A stretch of 64,000 nt of DNA, taken from assembly GCA_038040395.1 (NCBI GenBank), contig JBBPIJ010000003.1:127131-191130 (forward strand), in the 5' to 3' direction. Shown one piece after another: positions 63,801 to 64,000 of this stretch. Below the pieces are notes generated by a model. That model was not told the origin of the DNA. It made no database searches and saw nothing but the letters and a program-made list of their open reading frames with translations. Numbering within the stretch: the stretch's first letter is position 1; every line of letters begins with the position of its first letter. The position numbers and the translations under genes were made by a program. This DNA comes from Actinomycetota bacterium. Its GTDB lineage: Bacteria; Actinomycetota; Thermoleophilia; Gaiellales; Gaiellaceae.

Positions 63801-64000
63801 GGCGCAGCGACGAAGCTGCCACCCTGGCCCATGAGGCGCTCGCGATGGGCATCCGGCTCGTCGTCGTCTCGAACAACATGAACGTCGTCGACGCTGCCTG
63901 GCTCATGCGGGACGTCGGGTTCCGGGCTGATTATGTGGCCCTGCTCGAGGAGTCGCTGGCGACCCCATGGGTCGACGCGGCGTCGGCGATCTGCTCCGGC
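60890..64000 (+). CDS. Zinc-ribbon / canonical class III cyclase / AAA_16-type STAND ATPase / TPR protein (3' end off-window; not in the ORF track)
   Basis: It starts at GTG 60890, and the frame is open to the window edge (1037 codons). Motifs are VIVCPSCSQENAAGARFCSACG, VTVLFADLVGFT, KFIGDAVMALFG, INTTARLQ, GVPGIGKSRLV and LVFEDLHWAN. It is a paralog of 56883..60419. Confidence 0.8.
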   Translation, partial: MIVCPSCSQENAAGARFCSACGAALEASPAAAREERKVVTVLFADLVGFTARAEQLDPEDVRGLLAPFHARLREELERFGGTVEKFIGDAVMALFGAPIAHEDDPERAVRAALAILDWAGEQENELQLRLAVNTGEALITLGARTAEGEGMAAGDVINTTARLQSAAPVNGILVGETTYRATKHVIEYREAEPVEAKGKSEPIPVWEVVAPRSRYGVDLAEARAPLVGREGELDALRDALGRARSEVLQLVTLVGVPGIGKSRLVYELFKSIEAEPDFTTWRQGRSLPYGEGVSFWALAEIVKAEAGILESDSEADVESKLRAAVAEVAADESEAKWMASRLGNLVGVQSTDEVAGASQAESFSAWRRFVEALADQHPLVLVFEDLHWANDELLDFIDQLVDWARSAPILVLCTARPELLERRPGWGGGKANASTLSLPPLEDEDTARLLSALLERAVLPAETQSVLLARAEGNPLYAEQYARMLVERGDAEDLPLPETVQGIIAARLDGLSDSEKALLQDASVVGKVFWLGSLRAIGGLERGPAEEALLALERKELVQRARRSSVEGEGEYAFRHLLVRDVAYGQIPRAARADKHRAAAEWVEGLGRSDDHAEMLASHYSRALEYARAAGSEDGELSERARIALRDAGDRASSLQAWPAAAHFYTEALELWPEDDPGLPHLHFRCGRARFNADGTGLDMLEAAVDELEAAGDAEAAAQAAVVTGRSHWQRGEVAEHNAYIGRALELVGEREESAARVMAIAAEAARQMFDGEFGDSIALTDEGLPIAERLGLDEVRARLLELRGYARCTSGDAGGFADFEQAIALASEFHASEQVHTAWNNLAVIQIAMGQLEAAHESLAAIKRNAERHATPSRLRWVEVLGVEFGLMDGNWAEVSRVTSELIAESEAGNRHYTDYSCRLLRAMIRRASGDLPGAVADMEQCLTLARASADAQVMAPALIGAGSVFLEAGRSDEAATLAHEALAMGIRLVVVSNNMNVVDAAWLMRDVGFRADYVALLEESLATPWVDAASAICSG

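Overview
This is a high-GC, actinobacterial-style chromosomal window. All gene calls come from motif recognition by eye, because no searches could be run.

Backbone genes:
- an FHA-ABC exporter (5'-partial) and a DUF5995-like lipoprotein
- a hydantoinase, an M20 carbamoylase-type amidohydrolase and an F420-type LLM oxidoreductase
- ClpP, an RpoD-family sigma factor and a cold-shock protein
- a PAS/GAF histidine kinase
- a phaB-phaJ-phaC-phasin-XRE block
- a CPBP protease and three TolB-like PD40 propeller genes

Three unusual things sit on top of this backbone.
1. There are seven full-length paralogs and one truncated paralog of class-III nucleotide-cyclase / STAND P-loop NTPase / TPR proteins, in two architectures.
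2. A 41-nt block occurs ten times in the same orientation and is invariant in every copy. Its reverse complement reads as the anticodon-loop-to-discriminator half of a tRNA-Arg(CCU). Eight copies extend into a ~115-nt conserved module upstream of + strand genes: six cyclase-STAND loci, the histidine kinase and the PHA block. This splits the right two-thirds of the window into repeat-bounded modules of 0.8-13 kb, with no integrase or intact transposase visible.
3. A tight minus-strand four-gene cassette encodes a flavin N-monooxygenase-like protein, a nucleotidyltransferase::CobD-like PLP fusion, a PduX-like GHMP kinase and a metallophosphoesterase. It recalls the late FR-900098 (FrbH/FrbG) logic but has no PEP mutase.

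The region also carries many rearrangement scars: chimeric and truncated gene fragments, tRNA remnants, frameshifts, a 483/431-bp near-identical segmental duplication, and inverted duplicated fragments about 10 kb apart.
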